The position numbers and the translations under genes are program-made. DNA of 64,000 bases from an uncultured Candidatus Rokubacteria bacterium (lineage in GTDB: Bacteria > Methylomirabilota > Methylomirabilia > Rokubacteriales > CSP1-6). Each line of letters begins with the position of its first letter. Position 1 is the stretch's first letter. Positions 9,830 to 19,007 of the stretch are shown piece by piece. A model generated the notes under the pieces. The model had not been told where the DNA came from, ran no database searches, and saw only the letters and a program-made list of their open reading frames with translations. The stretch lies in NCBI GenBank assembly GCA_963754315.1, contig CAVWFS010000008.1:512001-576000 (forward strand), in the 5' to 3' direction.

Positions 9830-10717
9830 TCAGGCCGTCCGGTACCAGCGTTCGATCGCTTCTTGAAGATCTCCCGCATCGGGGTAGCGCGCCTGTATAT
9901 CGTGGATGGCGCGACTTGCCTCGGCCGGGCTCGGAACGACATCCACGGTCGGGATCTCGAACCTGTACGGTGTGAAGTCGGCCGTCGGCAATCGGGTGTC
10001 CAGCGCGACAGCCTCAGCACGGCGGTGGACCAGAAGATGCTCGTACACGCGCTGGTAGATCAGCGGGTCGTAGGGCACATCGTCTGCACGCCGAACCTCG
10101 TCGCCGACCAGTCCGAGGGTCAGGGCGACCACCACGAGCTGTCGCCAGAGATCATGCAGAACGTCTGGCGGGGCATCCTCTGACTCTCGGGGATGCAGTG
10201 GCTGACGCGCCCGCCGGGCGCGCTCGGCCTCGAGATGCGCGCGGAGATCCCGCGTGGGCACCGGGATCACGAAGCGGGTCCATTCGGCCATCAGGACGGC
10301 CTCGGCCGGGTCGCGATCCCGGCGAGCGAGCTCGACCAGGCGATGGCCGACGAAGGGGGTTTCCCCGATCAGAACGTCTGCGAAGCCTGGATGCTGAGCG
10401 TGCCACCGAGCGAGAGCAGCGCGCGCCCACCGCCCAACGGCAAGCCTGATCATCCCGTGAGTGACGCCTGCTTGCTGGGGATATCGCCGACCTCGGTCGC
10501 TCGCCTCGAAGACGGGTCGGGCCACGTCCCACTGCAGCAAGTGGATTCGGCGGCCCCGCGCGTGTGCGAGGTGCGCAAGCTGATGAACCAGGAGGCTCTT
10601 TCCCGTACCCGGAAGCCCCGCGAAAAAAGCAAGCCGCGCATCTCGCGCCAGGGCGGTCAGAGTTTCCAGGAGTGGTGTGCCCGAATTCAGGATGAGTCCG
10701 GCGACCCTGCACGGCAT
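9830..10717 (-). CDS. Hypothetical P-loop NTPase
   Basis: Walker A GLPGTGKS after a hydrophobic strand; start uncertain. Confidence 0.6.
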   Translation of the reverse strand: MPCRVAGLILNSGTPLLETLTALARDARLAFFAGLPGTGKSLLVHQLAHLAHARGRRIHLLQWDVARPVFEASDRGRRYPQQAGVTHGMIRLAVGRWARAALARWHAQHPGFADVLIGETPFVGHRLVELARRDRDPAEAVLMAEWTRFVIPVPTRDLRAHLEAERARRARQPLHPRESEDAPPDVLHDLWRQLVVVALTLGLVGDEVRRADDVPYDPLIYQRVYEHLLVHRRAEAVALDTRLPTADFTPYRFEIPTVDVVPSPAEASRAIHDIQARYPDAGDLQEAIERWYRTA

Positions 10718-10752
10718 GGACGATGATACCAGTGGGGTAAGATAGGGCTCCC

Positions 10753-12159
10753 ATGAACGGGATCGTCTCCTGCGGCGTTTACGTGCCCTACCACCGGCTC
10801 GAGCGCACGGCGATCGGCGCGGCGTTGGGTACATCCGCTGGCCGGGGAACACGTGCGGTGGCCTCCTATGACGAGGACACCACATCGATGGCGGTGGAAG
10901 CGAGCAGGCGCGCGCTCGGAAATGCACCCGCCCTGAGACCCGCCGCCCTCTACTTCGCCACGACCTTCCCTGCTTACCTCGATAAGACGAATGCGACGGC
11001 TATCCACGCCGCCCTGGGACTCGAGCAGAGCGCGGGAGCCTTCGACATGGGAGGCGCGATCCGATCGGCGGCCGGAGCGCTCCGGGCAGCGCTCGAGGCC
11101 CGGCGACCCACACTGGTGGCGTTCTCCGACATCCGCACGGGCCTCCCGGGCGGTGCCGACGAGCGCGAGGGCGGCGATGCCGCCGTCGCCCTGCTCTGTG
11201 CTGGGCAGAGTGACGGTGCGCCCGTGCTGGCCGAGCTACTCGCGTCGGCCTCGGCCACGAGCGAGTTTCTCGAACGCTGGCGAACGCCGGGCGATTCCCA
11301 CTCACGGCAGTGGGAAGAGCGCTTCGGCGAGCATGTCTACCTTCCTCTGGCGGAATCGGCGATCAGCGAGGCCCTGCGGCAAGCGGGGGTGGAGGCTGGG
11401 CAGGTGCATCGCTTGATCGTGGCTGGGCCTCACGGTCGCGCCGTCAAGCGGGCGGCTGCGGCCGCGGGGGTAAAGCCCGATGCCCTCGGTGACGATCTCA
11501 CCGGTGTCGTCGGCAACACGGGAATCGCGCACGCCGCGCTCCTGCTGGCCGCCGCTCTTGAGCGCGCTGCGCACGACGAGATCGTCGTGGTGGCTTCACT
11601 TGCCGACGGTGCTGATGCCAGCGTGTGGCGGACGACCGGGGCGGTAGGAGCCCGACCTCCGGCCGTTTCTGTGGCCCAGCAGGTCGCAGGCGGAAGCGTC
11701 GTCCCCTACGCCACCTTCCTGACGTGGCGAGGGTTTCTGGAGCGCGAGCCGCCACGCCGTCCGGATCCCGAGCCGCCCGCCGGACCACCGGCGTTCCGGA
11801 CCGAGGCGTGGAAATTCGGGTTTGTGGGAAGTCGCTGTCAGACGTGCGGAGCACGCCACGTGCCGCCGCAGCGCGTGTGCGTGAAATGTCACGCCGTCGA
11901 CCGGATGCAGCCCGAGCGCCTGGCCGATGTCCCGGCGACCATCGCGACATTCACGGTCGATCGTCTCGCCTACTCGCTGTCGCCGCCCGTGGTGGCGGCC
12001 GTCATCGACTTCGAGGGGGGCGGACGCTTTCAGTGTGAGTTGACGGACGTCGATCCCGCCTCGGTGGCCATTGGCCAGAAGGTCGAAATGACCTTCCGCC
12101 GTCTCTTCACAGCTGACGGCATTCACAACTATTTCTGGAAAGCCCGCCCCATACGGTGA
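10753..12159 (+). CDS. HMG-CoA synthase/FabH-like domain fused to DUF35 zinc-ribbon/OB-fold domain
   Basis: YVPYHRL, YDEDTTSMAVEA, VGNTG; C-terminal CQTC...CVKC and VEMTFRR...YFWKARP. Confidence 0.88.
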   Translation: MNGIVSCGVYVPYHRLERTAIGAALGTSAGRGTRAVASYDEDTTSMAVEASRRALGNAPALRPAALYFATTFPAYLDKTNATAIHAALGLEQSAGAFDMGGAIRSAAGALRAALEARRPTLVAFSDIRTGLPGGADEREGGDAAVALLCAGQSDGAPVLAELLASASATSEFLERWRTPGDSHSRQWEERFGEHVYLPLAESAISEALRQAGVEAGQVHRLIVAGPHGRAVKRAAAAAGVKPDALGDDLTGVVGNTGIAHAALLLAAALERAAHDEIVVVASLADGADASVWRTTGAVGARPPAVSVAQQVAGGSVVPYATFLTWRGFLEREPPRRPDPEPPAGPPAFRTEAWKFGFVGSRCQTCGARHVPPQRVCVKCHAVDRMQPERLADVPATIATFTVDRLAYSLSPPVVAAVIDFEGGGRFQCELTDVDPASVAIGQKVEMTFRRLFTADGIHNYFWKARPIR

Positions 12160-12271
12160 GCACCGCGTTGGGACCGGAGCGCGCCCTGGCCTCGGCGGAT
12201 TGCCAACGCCTTGCCTCTGATGCTAGGGTTTTGACGGACTTCGGGGCGTGTGGCAGCCGTAGGAGGCACTG

Positions 12272-13471
12272 ATGGCGAGTAACGGAATTCGCGACCGCGT
12301 GGCGATTGTCGGCATGGGGTGCACGCCCTTTGGCGAGCACTGGGACAAGAGCGTCAACGACCTGCTGGTCGACGCCGCCCAGGATGCTCTGGCGTCGGCT
12401 CGAATCGCGCTGGACGAGGTCGATGCCTTCTGGCTCGGCACGCTCTTCTCCGGGCAGAGTGGGCTCACGCTCAGCCGTCCGCTCAAGATCAACTACAAGC
12501 CGGTCAGCCGGCTCGAGAACTACTGCGCGACCGGTTCCGAAGCCTTCCGCAACGCATGCTATGCCGTCGCCTCCGGTGCCTACGATATCGCCATGGCCAT
12601 CGGCGTGGAGAAGCTGAAGGATTCAGGCATCTCCGGCCTGCCCGGCCTGGCGGCGCCGAGCGATGGAACGAAGGCGAGCCTGACCGCGCCGGCCATGTTC
12701 AGCCTGCTCGCGCCCGCCTATGCCAAGAAGTACGGGCTCGACGACGCTCAGCTCAAGGACGTCATGACGCGGATCGCCTGGAAGAACCACCGAAACGGTG
12801 CGCTCAACCCGCGGGCGCAGTTCCGGAAGGAAGTGCCCAAGGACACCATCGCCTGCTCGCCACTGGTGGCAGGCCCGCTCGGCATCTTCGATTGCTCCGG
12901 AGTGAGCGACGGCTCGGCGGCGGCCATTATCGTGCGCGCCGAGGATGCTCATCGCTATACCGACCGGCCGCTCTTTGTGAAGGCGCTGTCGTTCGTAGCC
13001 GGCCCGGCGGCCGGACCCATCGACCCCGACTACGACTACACGACGTTCCAGGAGGTGGTGGCCTCGGCGGCCGACGCCTATGCGCAAGCCGGCGTCAAGG
13101 AACCACGCGCCGAGCTGGCCATGGCCGAGGTGCACGATTGCTTCACGCCAACCGAGCTGGTGCTGATGGAGGATCTCGGCTTTGCCGCCCGCGGCACGGC
13201 CTGGAAGGAAGTCCTGGCAGGAACGTACGATCGCGATGGAGAGCTCGCCGTGAATCCGGATGGAGGGTTGAAGTCCTTCGGTCATCCCATCGGCGCCTCC
13301 GGGCTTCGCATGCTGTTCGAATGCTGGCTCCAGCTGCGTGGCGAGGCGGGCACGAGGCAGATCGCCAGCGTGACCCGCGGTCGTACCTTGGCTCTGACCC
13401 ACAACCTGGGCGGAGCACCGGGCGAATGCGTGTCGTTCGTGAGCGTCGTCGGCTCTGAGCGCAGTCACTGA
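12272..13471 (+). CDS. Thiolase, SCP2/archaeal type (acetyl-CoA acetyltransferase)
   Basis: ENYCATG, EVHDCF, GHPIGASG, HNLGG; RBS aggagg upstream. Confidence 0.93.
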   Translation: MASNGIRDRVAIVGMGCTPFGEHWDKSVNDLLVDAAQDALASARIALDEVDAFWLGTLFSGQSGLTLSRPLKINYKPVSRLENYCATGSEAFRNACYAVASGAYDIAMAIGVEKLKDSGISGLPGLAAPSDGTKASLTAPAMFSLLAPAYAKKYGLDDAQLKDVMTRIAWKNHRNGALNPRAQFRKEVPKDTIACSPLVAGPLGIFDCSGVSDGSAAAIIVRAEDAHRYTDRPLFVKALSFVAGPAAGPIDPDYDYTTFQEVVASAADAYAQAGVKEPRAELAMAEVHDCFTPTELVLMEDLGFAARGTAWKEVLAGTYDRDGELAVNPDGGLKSFGHPIGASGLRMLFECWLQLRGEAGTRQIASVTRGRTLALTHNLGGAPGECVSFVSVVGSERSH

Positions 13472-13517
13472 CCTCAGGCAGGAACACCCTCATCCTGAGT
13501 CCAAGGGGAGGATCGTG

Positions 13518-14528
13518 ATGAATCTGGTCATCGGTACGGCGAAAGGTGTCTTCGTGGCTGACGGTCACGGTCGCGTGAAAGCCGCAGCGGGTGTCGAGCA
13601 GCGCAGCTTGCGTCACCTCTCCCGGATGAACGGTGACCTGCTCGCCGGCACCGACGACGGCGTGGCGCGTTCGAGCGACGGCGGGTTGTCCTGGCGGCCG
13701 AGCGGCATCGCCGGGTTTTTCGTGTGGGACGTGGCCGCGGCGCCCCACGATCCCCATACTCTGTTCGCCGTTACCGAGCCCGCTGCGCTCTTCCGGAGCT
13801 CGGACGGGGGTCGTTCTTGGGTCGAGATGACGTCGTTTCGGCAGGCCCCCGGCGCCGCCGAGTGGTGTCTTCCCCGTACGACCATCGCAGGGCGGGCGCG
13901 GACGATTGTCATAGATCGCAGCCAGCCCGCGCACATGGTAGTGGGCATCGAGGTGGGAGGGGTGTATGAGACCCACGATGCGGGCGCCAGCTGGCGCTTC
14001 ACGCGGCCCGGGGGGAATCCCGACATCCACGTGATCGTGGCCCATCCGCAACGAAACGGGCTGTTGTTCACGTCCACGGGGTTTGGTCGCCCCGAGGGAA
14101 CCCAGGAGCCCATGGAAAAGCGCATCGCCGGTGTCTTCAGCTCTGCCGATGGGGGCGCGACCTGGGAATTCAAGTGGCAGGGGATGCGACCGCCGTATAC
14201 CCGACCCCTCTGCATCGACCCCCGTCCGCCCTACGCGGTGACGGTGGCGTCGGCCCCAGTCGCCTTCTCGAGCATCCGCGACCAGGGCGGCGCCCAGGCG
14301 GTGCTCTACCAGCGGGACGACGCACGCGATGCCTGGCGCTCGCTTGGCGATGCCGCCCACTCGCCGTCCGCAGCCAACTTCCATGCCGTGGCTCCCGACC
14401 CGGAAGTGACGAGCGGCGTCCTTGTCGGTACCGAGACCGGAGAAGTCTGGCGTGTGAGCCCCGAAGCCAAATGGACGCTCCTCACCGCCGATCTCCCCAT
14501 GGTCCAGGCCCTGCTCCCCCTGCAGTGA
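13518..14528 (+). CDS. BNR/Asp-box beta-propeller protein, no signal peptide
   Basis: Four Asp-boxes: SSDGGLSW, SSDGGRSW, THDAGASW, SADGGATW. Confidence 0.8.
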   Translation: MNLVIGTAKGVFVADGHGRVKAAAGVEQRSLRHLSRMNGDLLAGTDDGVARSSDGGLSWRPSGIAGFFVWDVAAAPHDPHTLFAVTEPAALFRSSDGGRSWVEMTSFRQAPGAAEWCLPRTTIAGRARTIVIDRSQPAHMVVGIEVGGVYETHDAGASWRFTRPGGNPDIHVIVAHPQRNGLLFTSTGFGRPEGTQEPMEKRIAGVFSSADGGATWEFKWQGMRPPYTRPLCIDPRPPYAVTVASAPVAFSSIRDQGGAQAVLYQRDDARDAWRSLGDAAHSPSAANFHAVAPDPEVTSGVLVGTETGEVWRVSPEAKWTLLTADLPMVQALLPLQ

Positions 14529-14601
14529 TAGCAACCAGGTTGAAGCCACGAGCCGCATCGCCGCGTGAGGGTCGAGCCACCCAATCGCCGCGTAAAACCA
14601 G

Positions 14602-14757
14602 CGGCGCGTCCGGGGTCCCCCGGGACGCGCCGAACGTGGGGGGCGTGGGGGCCCTGTCGAGGCCCCAAAGGCTGGCGTAGTCCAGAGGGGTGCCACGGGT
14701 TCCCCGGGGCACCCCGAACGCACGGGGGGCGTGGGGGGCCCTTTCGAGGCCCCCCAC
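14602..14757. repeat. Two-copy REP-like double-hairpin repeat between convergent genes
   Basis: Unit 1 ~14602-14667 and unit 2 ~14687-14757; each is hairpin + gaacg + gggggcgtggggg(g)ccctNtcgaggcccc hairpin. Confidence 0.8.
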
Positions 14758-14773
14758 TCAAACAATCCCCCAA

Positions 14774-15175
14774 TCAAACGACTTCGGCGCCGGCCTGCGC
14801 GCACTCGTGATCCTGTTCACCGGTTCCGCCGCCGCAGCCGATGGCTCCGATCACGCGCCCGTTCTTGCGGATGGGAACCCCACCGATGCTGGGCAAGATC
14901 TGGCCGGGAAGCACGCTTCCCACGCTCTGCCAGAAGGGCGACGTGGCGTGTAGCTCTCCCATCGCCTTGGTCGGTTGACGAAAGTTTGCTGCCGCCACCG
15001 CCTTGGCGCGGGAAGTCTCGGGACTGAGGAAGCTGGTGCCGTCCCCGCGCAGGGTGACCACCAGACGCCCCGCCTCGTCGACCACGCTCGCCGTCATGGG
15101 TGCACCCAGCGCCTTGGCCTTGGCCAGAGCCGCCTTCGCCGCCTTTTCCGCCAGCTCCAGGGTCATCTCGATCAT
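14774..15175 (-). CDS. GlcG/HbpS (haem-binding, DUF336) family protein
   Basis: SVVDEAGRL, SRAKAVAA, GGVPI...IGAIGCGGG...DHECA; RBS gaggagga. Confidence 0.9.
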   Translation of the reverse strand: MIEMTLELAEKAAKAALAKAKALGAPMTASVVDEAGRLVVTLRGDGTSFLSPETSRAKAVAAANFRQPTKAMGELHATSPFWQSVGSVLPGQILPSIGGVPIRKNGRVIGAIGCGGGTGEQDHECAQAGAEVV

Positions 15176-15210
15176 GAAGGACTCCTCCTCGCCACGAGGG
15201 TTGAGTGGCC

Positions 15211-15234
15211 CGTCGAGTAAACGCCAACTCGACG
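15211..15234. promoter_or_regulatory. Perfect 8-bp inverted repeat, candidate operator in divergent promoter
   Basis: cgtcgagt-N8-actcgacg between the GlcG-like gene and the amidase/NHase operon. Confidence 0.35.
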
Positions 15235-15274
15235 ACCGGGTCAAAGGGAACCCACCTGGTGTATGGTGGGCGCC

Positions 15275-15484
15275 ATGAGCGATGCCACGAACGCGTTGAC
15301 TCTGGACCAGGTACGGGACCGGCTGAAGGCGACAGGACTTCAGATCGAGGAGGAGCGCCTCGACATGGTGCGCGTCCTCCTGGATACGGCCCTGGCGCCC
15401 GTGCGCACGATGGACACCCGCGCGCTCAAGGTGCTGGAGCCGGCGGTCACCTTCGATGCGGGGGCGGACCATGGCGGGCGATGA
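15275..15484 (+). CDS. Small GatC/AtzG-like amidase partner protein
   Basis: 69 aa, helical, ends LEPAVTF as in GatC/AtzG-like peptides; overlaps amidase start. Confidence 0.6.
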   Translation: MSDATNALTLDQVRDRLKATGLQIEEERLDMVRVLLDTALAPVRTMDTRALKVLEPAVTFDAGADHGGR

Positions 15485-16860
15485 GCTCCACTATGCGACC
15501 ATCCGTGATCTCGGCGAACGGTTCCGCCGCCGGACGCTCTCTCCCGTCGAGCTGACCGAGCTATTGCTGGCGAGGATCGCGAAGCTCGACCCGACTCTCC
15601 ACGCTTTCGTGACTCTCACCGCCGAGCGAGCCCGCGCGGACGCACGAGCCGCCGAGGCGGCTCTGCGCCGAGCTGACCGCGCCAAACCGCTCCTGGGCAT
15701 TCCCGTGGCCTACAAGGACCTCTACGCGACCAAGGGCATTCGCACCACGGCCGGCTCGGCGCTGCTCGATGACTGGGTGCCGGCGGCAGACTCCACGTGC
15801 GTGACCCGCCTGCAGGAGGCCGGCTGCGTGATGCTCGGCAAGCTGATCACCCATGAGTTTGCCTTCGGCATCCAGTTCCCTGGGCATCGCTTTATGCCCG
15901 CCCGCAATCCGTGGAATCTCGATCACATCCCGGGCGGCTCCAGCAGCGGATCGGGGGCGGCCCTGGCCGCCGGGCTCGCCGTCGGCTCACTCGGGTCGGA
16001 TACCGGAGGGTCCATCCGGGGCCCGGCGGCATTCAGCGGGATCGCCGGCATCAAGCCCACCTATGGACGCTGTAGCCGGGCCGGGGTGGTCACCCTCTCG
16101 TGGACGCTCGATCACACGGGACCCATGGCCCGCTCGGTGGAAGACTGTGCCTATCTTCTGCAAGCCCTGGCGGGCTACGACCCAGCAGATCCCGCCTCGA
16201 GCCAGGCTCCCATCGGCGACTACACGGTGTCGCTGCGCGACGGTATCCGGGGCCTCCGGGTGGGTGTCCCGCGGGCCTACTTCTTCGACGGGATCAACGG
16301 GGAGATGGACCGTGCCTTCCACGAGGCCCTTGGCGTGTTGCGTTCGCTCGGAGCCAAGGTGCAGGACGTGGAGATTCCCAGCATTCAAGCGTCGATGGCC
16401 TTTCTCGTCATCATGCTGGTGGAGGCCTTCGCGTACCACGAGCGCGACCTGCGCGAGCGGCCCCAGCTCTACGGGGATGTGTTCCGCCAGAAGCTTCTCG
16501 CCGGCGGTCTCCTGCGTGGCAGCGAGTACGTGCAGGCGCAGCGCCTGCGGGCCCGCTTGAGTCCAGGACATGGCGGCCGCCCTCACCACGGTTGATGTGC
16601 TGGTGACGCCGACCACACCCGGTCCCGCGCCGTCCTTCGACACGGTTCTCACACCCGACTTTCCGTTCGCGCGCAGCAACATGGCCCCCTTCAACATGAC
16701 CGGCCTGCCCGCGCTCGCCGTGCCCTGCGGCTTCACCACCGGCGGCCTCCCTCTTTCGCTCCAGATCGCCGGCCGCCCGTTCGACGAAGCCACGGTGTTG
16801 AGGGTTGGCCACGCTTACGAGCAGGCCACCGACTGGCATCGACGACGTCCACCCGTCTGA
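15471..16860 (+). CDS. Amidase (GatA/AtzE-like), one frameshift near 16560
   Basis: AYKD, GGSSSGS, DTGGSIRGPA; C-terminus (VDVLVTPT...GRPFDEATVLR) continues in ORF 16570-16860. Confidence 0.88.
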
Positions 16861-16864
16861 GGAC

Positions 16865-17542
16865 ATGGACGGCGTCCACGATCTTGGGGGTATGCACGGC
16901 TTCGGGCCGGTGACACGCGAACCCAACGAGCCAGCATTTCACGCGCCCTGGGAGGCGGCCGTCGTGGCCATGATGCGGGCCACCCTACAGGGCGCCGGGC
17001 TTTACAACATCGACGAGTTCCGCCACGGGATCGAGCGCATGGAGCCCGCCCACTACCTGGCTTCCAGCTACTTCGAACACTGGCTTGACGGCATCGCACG
17101 GATCCTGATCGAAAAGGGTGTCGTCGACCTTGCGGAACTCGACGCGCGGATCGCTTTCTTCCTCGAGCGGCCTGGCGTACCGGCCTCCGCCGCGGTGCGT
17201 GGAGCGCCGGTGACATCGGTCTCGAGCACGCGCGGGCTCGAGACATCGTTCCGCCGCCCTACGGCGCCACCGCGCTTCGCCGTGGGTGCCTTCGTGCTGA
17301 CGCGTAACATGCATCCGAGCGGGCACACGCGGCTGCCGCGCTACGCTCGGGGCAAGCGCGGGGTGATCGACGCGTGGCGCGGTTGCCACGTGTTCCCCGA
17401 CACCAGCGCGCATGGACTGGGAGACCAGCCGCAGCACGTGTACAGCGTGCGCTTCGACGCCAGCGAGCTGTGGGGCGAGGCGGCCGAATCCAGCCAGCGC
17501 GTGTACCTCGATCTGTGGGAGAGCTATCTGCATCCGGCCTGA
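16865..17542 (+). CDS. nthB: Nitrile hydratase subunit beta
   Basis: [14 protein letters not shown] start, [31 protein letters not shown]. Confidence 0.96.
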   Translation: MDGVHDLGGMHGFGPVTREPNEPAFHAPWEAAVVAMMRATLQGAGLYNIDEFRHGIERMEPAHYLASSYFEHWLDGIARILIEKGVVDLAELDARIAFFLERPGVPASAAVRGAPVTSVSSTRGLETSFRRPTAPPRFAVGAFVLTRNMHPSGHTRLPRYARGKRGVIDAWRGCHVFPDTSAHGLGDQPQHVYSVRFDASELWGEAAESSQRVYLDLWESYLHPA

Positions 17543-17555
17543 GCGGGAGCCTGAC

Positions 17556-18155
17556 ATGGGAAAGAGCCATCCGAACGTGGATGACTACGTCGTTTCCAGA
17601 GTCCGTGCGCTAGAGTCGCTTCTCCTCGAAAAGGGCCTCCTGGCCCCCGACGCCGTCGATCGGGTGATTCAACGTTACGAATCGAACACCGGCCCCATGC
17701 TGGGAGCGCGCGCGGTCGCCCGCGCTTGGCTCGATCCGGCGTACAAGCGACGTCTGCTGGAGGACTCGCCGGCGGCCCTCGGCGATTTCGGGGTGCGCTA
17801 CGACCGGCTCGTCGTGGTCGAGAACACGGCGGCGGTTCATAACCTGATCGTCTGTACCCTCTGCTCCTGCTATCCCTGGGACGTGATGGGGCTCCCCCCC
17901 ACCTGGTACAAGATGCCGGCCTATCGCTCGCGTGCGGTCGTCGAGCCGCGTACGGTGCTGTCGGAATTCGGTCTCACCATCGCACCCGAGCGGGAGATTC
18001 GCGTGTGGGACAGCTCGGCCGAGCTGCGCTACATGGTCCTTCCGCTGAAGCCGGTCGGGACCGACGGGCTTGGGGAGGAGGCGGTGGCACGCTATGTCAC
18101 GCGGGAGGCGCTGATCGGCGTGGCCGAGGTACACATTGTACGAGCGACGCCGTAA
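17556..18155 (+). CDS. nthA: Nitrile hydratase subunit alpha, cobalt-type
   Basis: Metal site VCTLCSCY (Thr/Tyr Co-type signature), [23 protein letters not shown]. Confidence 0.97.
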   Translation: MGKSHPNVDDYVVSRVRALESLLLEKGLLAPDAVDRVIQRYESNTGPMLGARAVARAWLDPAYKRRLLEDSPAALGDFGVRYDRLVVVENTAAVHNLIVCTLCSCYPWDVMGLPPTWYKMPAYRSRAVVEPRTVLSEFGLTIAPEREIRVWDSSAELRYMVLPLKPVGTDGLGEEAVARYVTREALIGVAEVHIVRATP

Positions 18156-18720
18156 CCTGGTTGTCCGGCCCGACGGCCGCACGGTGAACGTCGCCCGCTT
18201 CCGTGGCCAGCTCTTCGTGTGCGCCACGGGCTGCTGCTGTGGGCGCACGGACGACGGGTTCGCGCCGGTGCCCACCGAGCTTTACCATAGTGAGTGGGAG
18301 CGACGGCGGCTGCGCAATCTCGTCCACCTGACGGTGGGCGGATGCCTCGGCCCCTGCGCGCTCGCCAACGTCGTCCTGCTGCTCTTCGACGGTCGCGCAC
18401 TCTGGTTTCACTCGATCGACTCGGATACGCTCGTGCGCGACCTCTACGCCTACATCGAGCAGTTGCTGGAGGCCGGGGCAGAGGCGGTACTGCCGGCGTC
18501 GCTGAGCGCCTGCCAGTTCACGGCGTCGGTCTGGCAGGAGCGCCCGGACGGCCAGGCAGTCGATGACCATCGCCCTCGCCGGCGCGTCGAGGCGCGCGCG
18601 GCGTCGGGCACCTGTCTGCCTCCGGCGACCTCGGGAGTCGAGGAGGTAGGCCGAGACCGACCGGGCCCGGCTCCTCACCGATCTCGCGGGCGCCACCGCG
18701 GTGCCGCGCCGAAACGGTGA
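18136..18720 (+). CDS. Cys-rich thioredoxin-like (2Fe-2S) ferredoxin-fold protein; probably the N-terminal half of a fusion
   Basis: [11 protein letters not shown] and [15 protein letters not shown] start with GAGGT 5 nt upstream; sequence after ~18650 looks off-frame. Confidence 0.7.
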   Translation: MYERRRNLVVRPDGRTVNVARFRGQLFVCATGCCCGRTDDGFAPVPTELYHSEWERRRLRNLVHLTVGGCLGPCALANVVLLLFDGRALWFHSIDSDTLVRDLYAYIEQLLEAGAEAVLPASLSACQFTASVWQERPDGQAVDDHRPRRRVEARAASGTCLPPATSGVEEVGRDRPGPAPHRSRGRHRGAAPKR

Positions 18721-18988
18721 GCTGGTCTTCGATGCTCCCTGGCAGGGCCGGATATTCGCCATGGCGGTGGCGCTATCCGAGCAAGGAGTCCTTCCGTGGG
18801 AGGAGTTCCGTCAGGCCCTCATCCGCGAGATCGCCGCCGCGGAAGTGCGAGGGGGCGAGTTCCGTTATTACCACGCGTGGCTGGCCGCGTTCGAGGGGGC
18901 CTTGGCCGCGCGCGGTGTCCTCAAGGTCGCCGATCTGGAGGAGGCTGCCTTTCAGTTCGAGTTCGGTGAGCGCGATGATGTGGCCTGA
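18650..18988 (+). CDS. Nitrile hydratase accessory/activator protein (P14K/NhlE-like)
   Basis: [24 protein letters not shown]...WEEFRQALI...YYHAWLAAFE; frame open back to 18650 with no start codon before GTG 18701. Confidence 0.88.
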   Translation, partial: AETDRARLLTDLAGATAVPRRNGELVFDAPWQGRIFAMAVALSEQGVLPWEEFRQALIREIAAAEVRGGEFRYYHAWLAAFEGALAARGVLKVADLEEAAFQFEFGERDDVA

Positions 18989-19007
18989 TCGGCCCATCCT
19001 CGATCGC

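Noticed and set aside
14602..14757. Possible mini CRISPR array
   Set aside because: Only two long, degenerate units with no unique equal-length spacers and no cas genes.
13143..14804. 553-aa minus-strand ORF, and similar long antisense ORFs such as 44942-46654
   Set aside because: High-GC shadow ORFs opposite well-supported genes, with no recognisable motifs.
16550..16575. Programmed frameshift in the amidase (and at other indels)
   Set aside because: No slippery heptamer or obvious stimulatory structure; indels are widespread, which fits sequencing error better.
5911..16860. Amidases as true gatA/gatC of the tRNA amidotransferase
   Set aside because: No gatB nearby, multiple paralogues, and a catabolic context.
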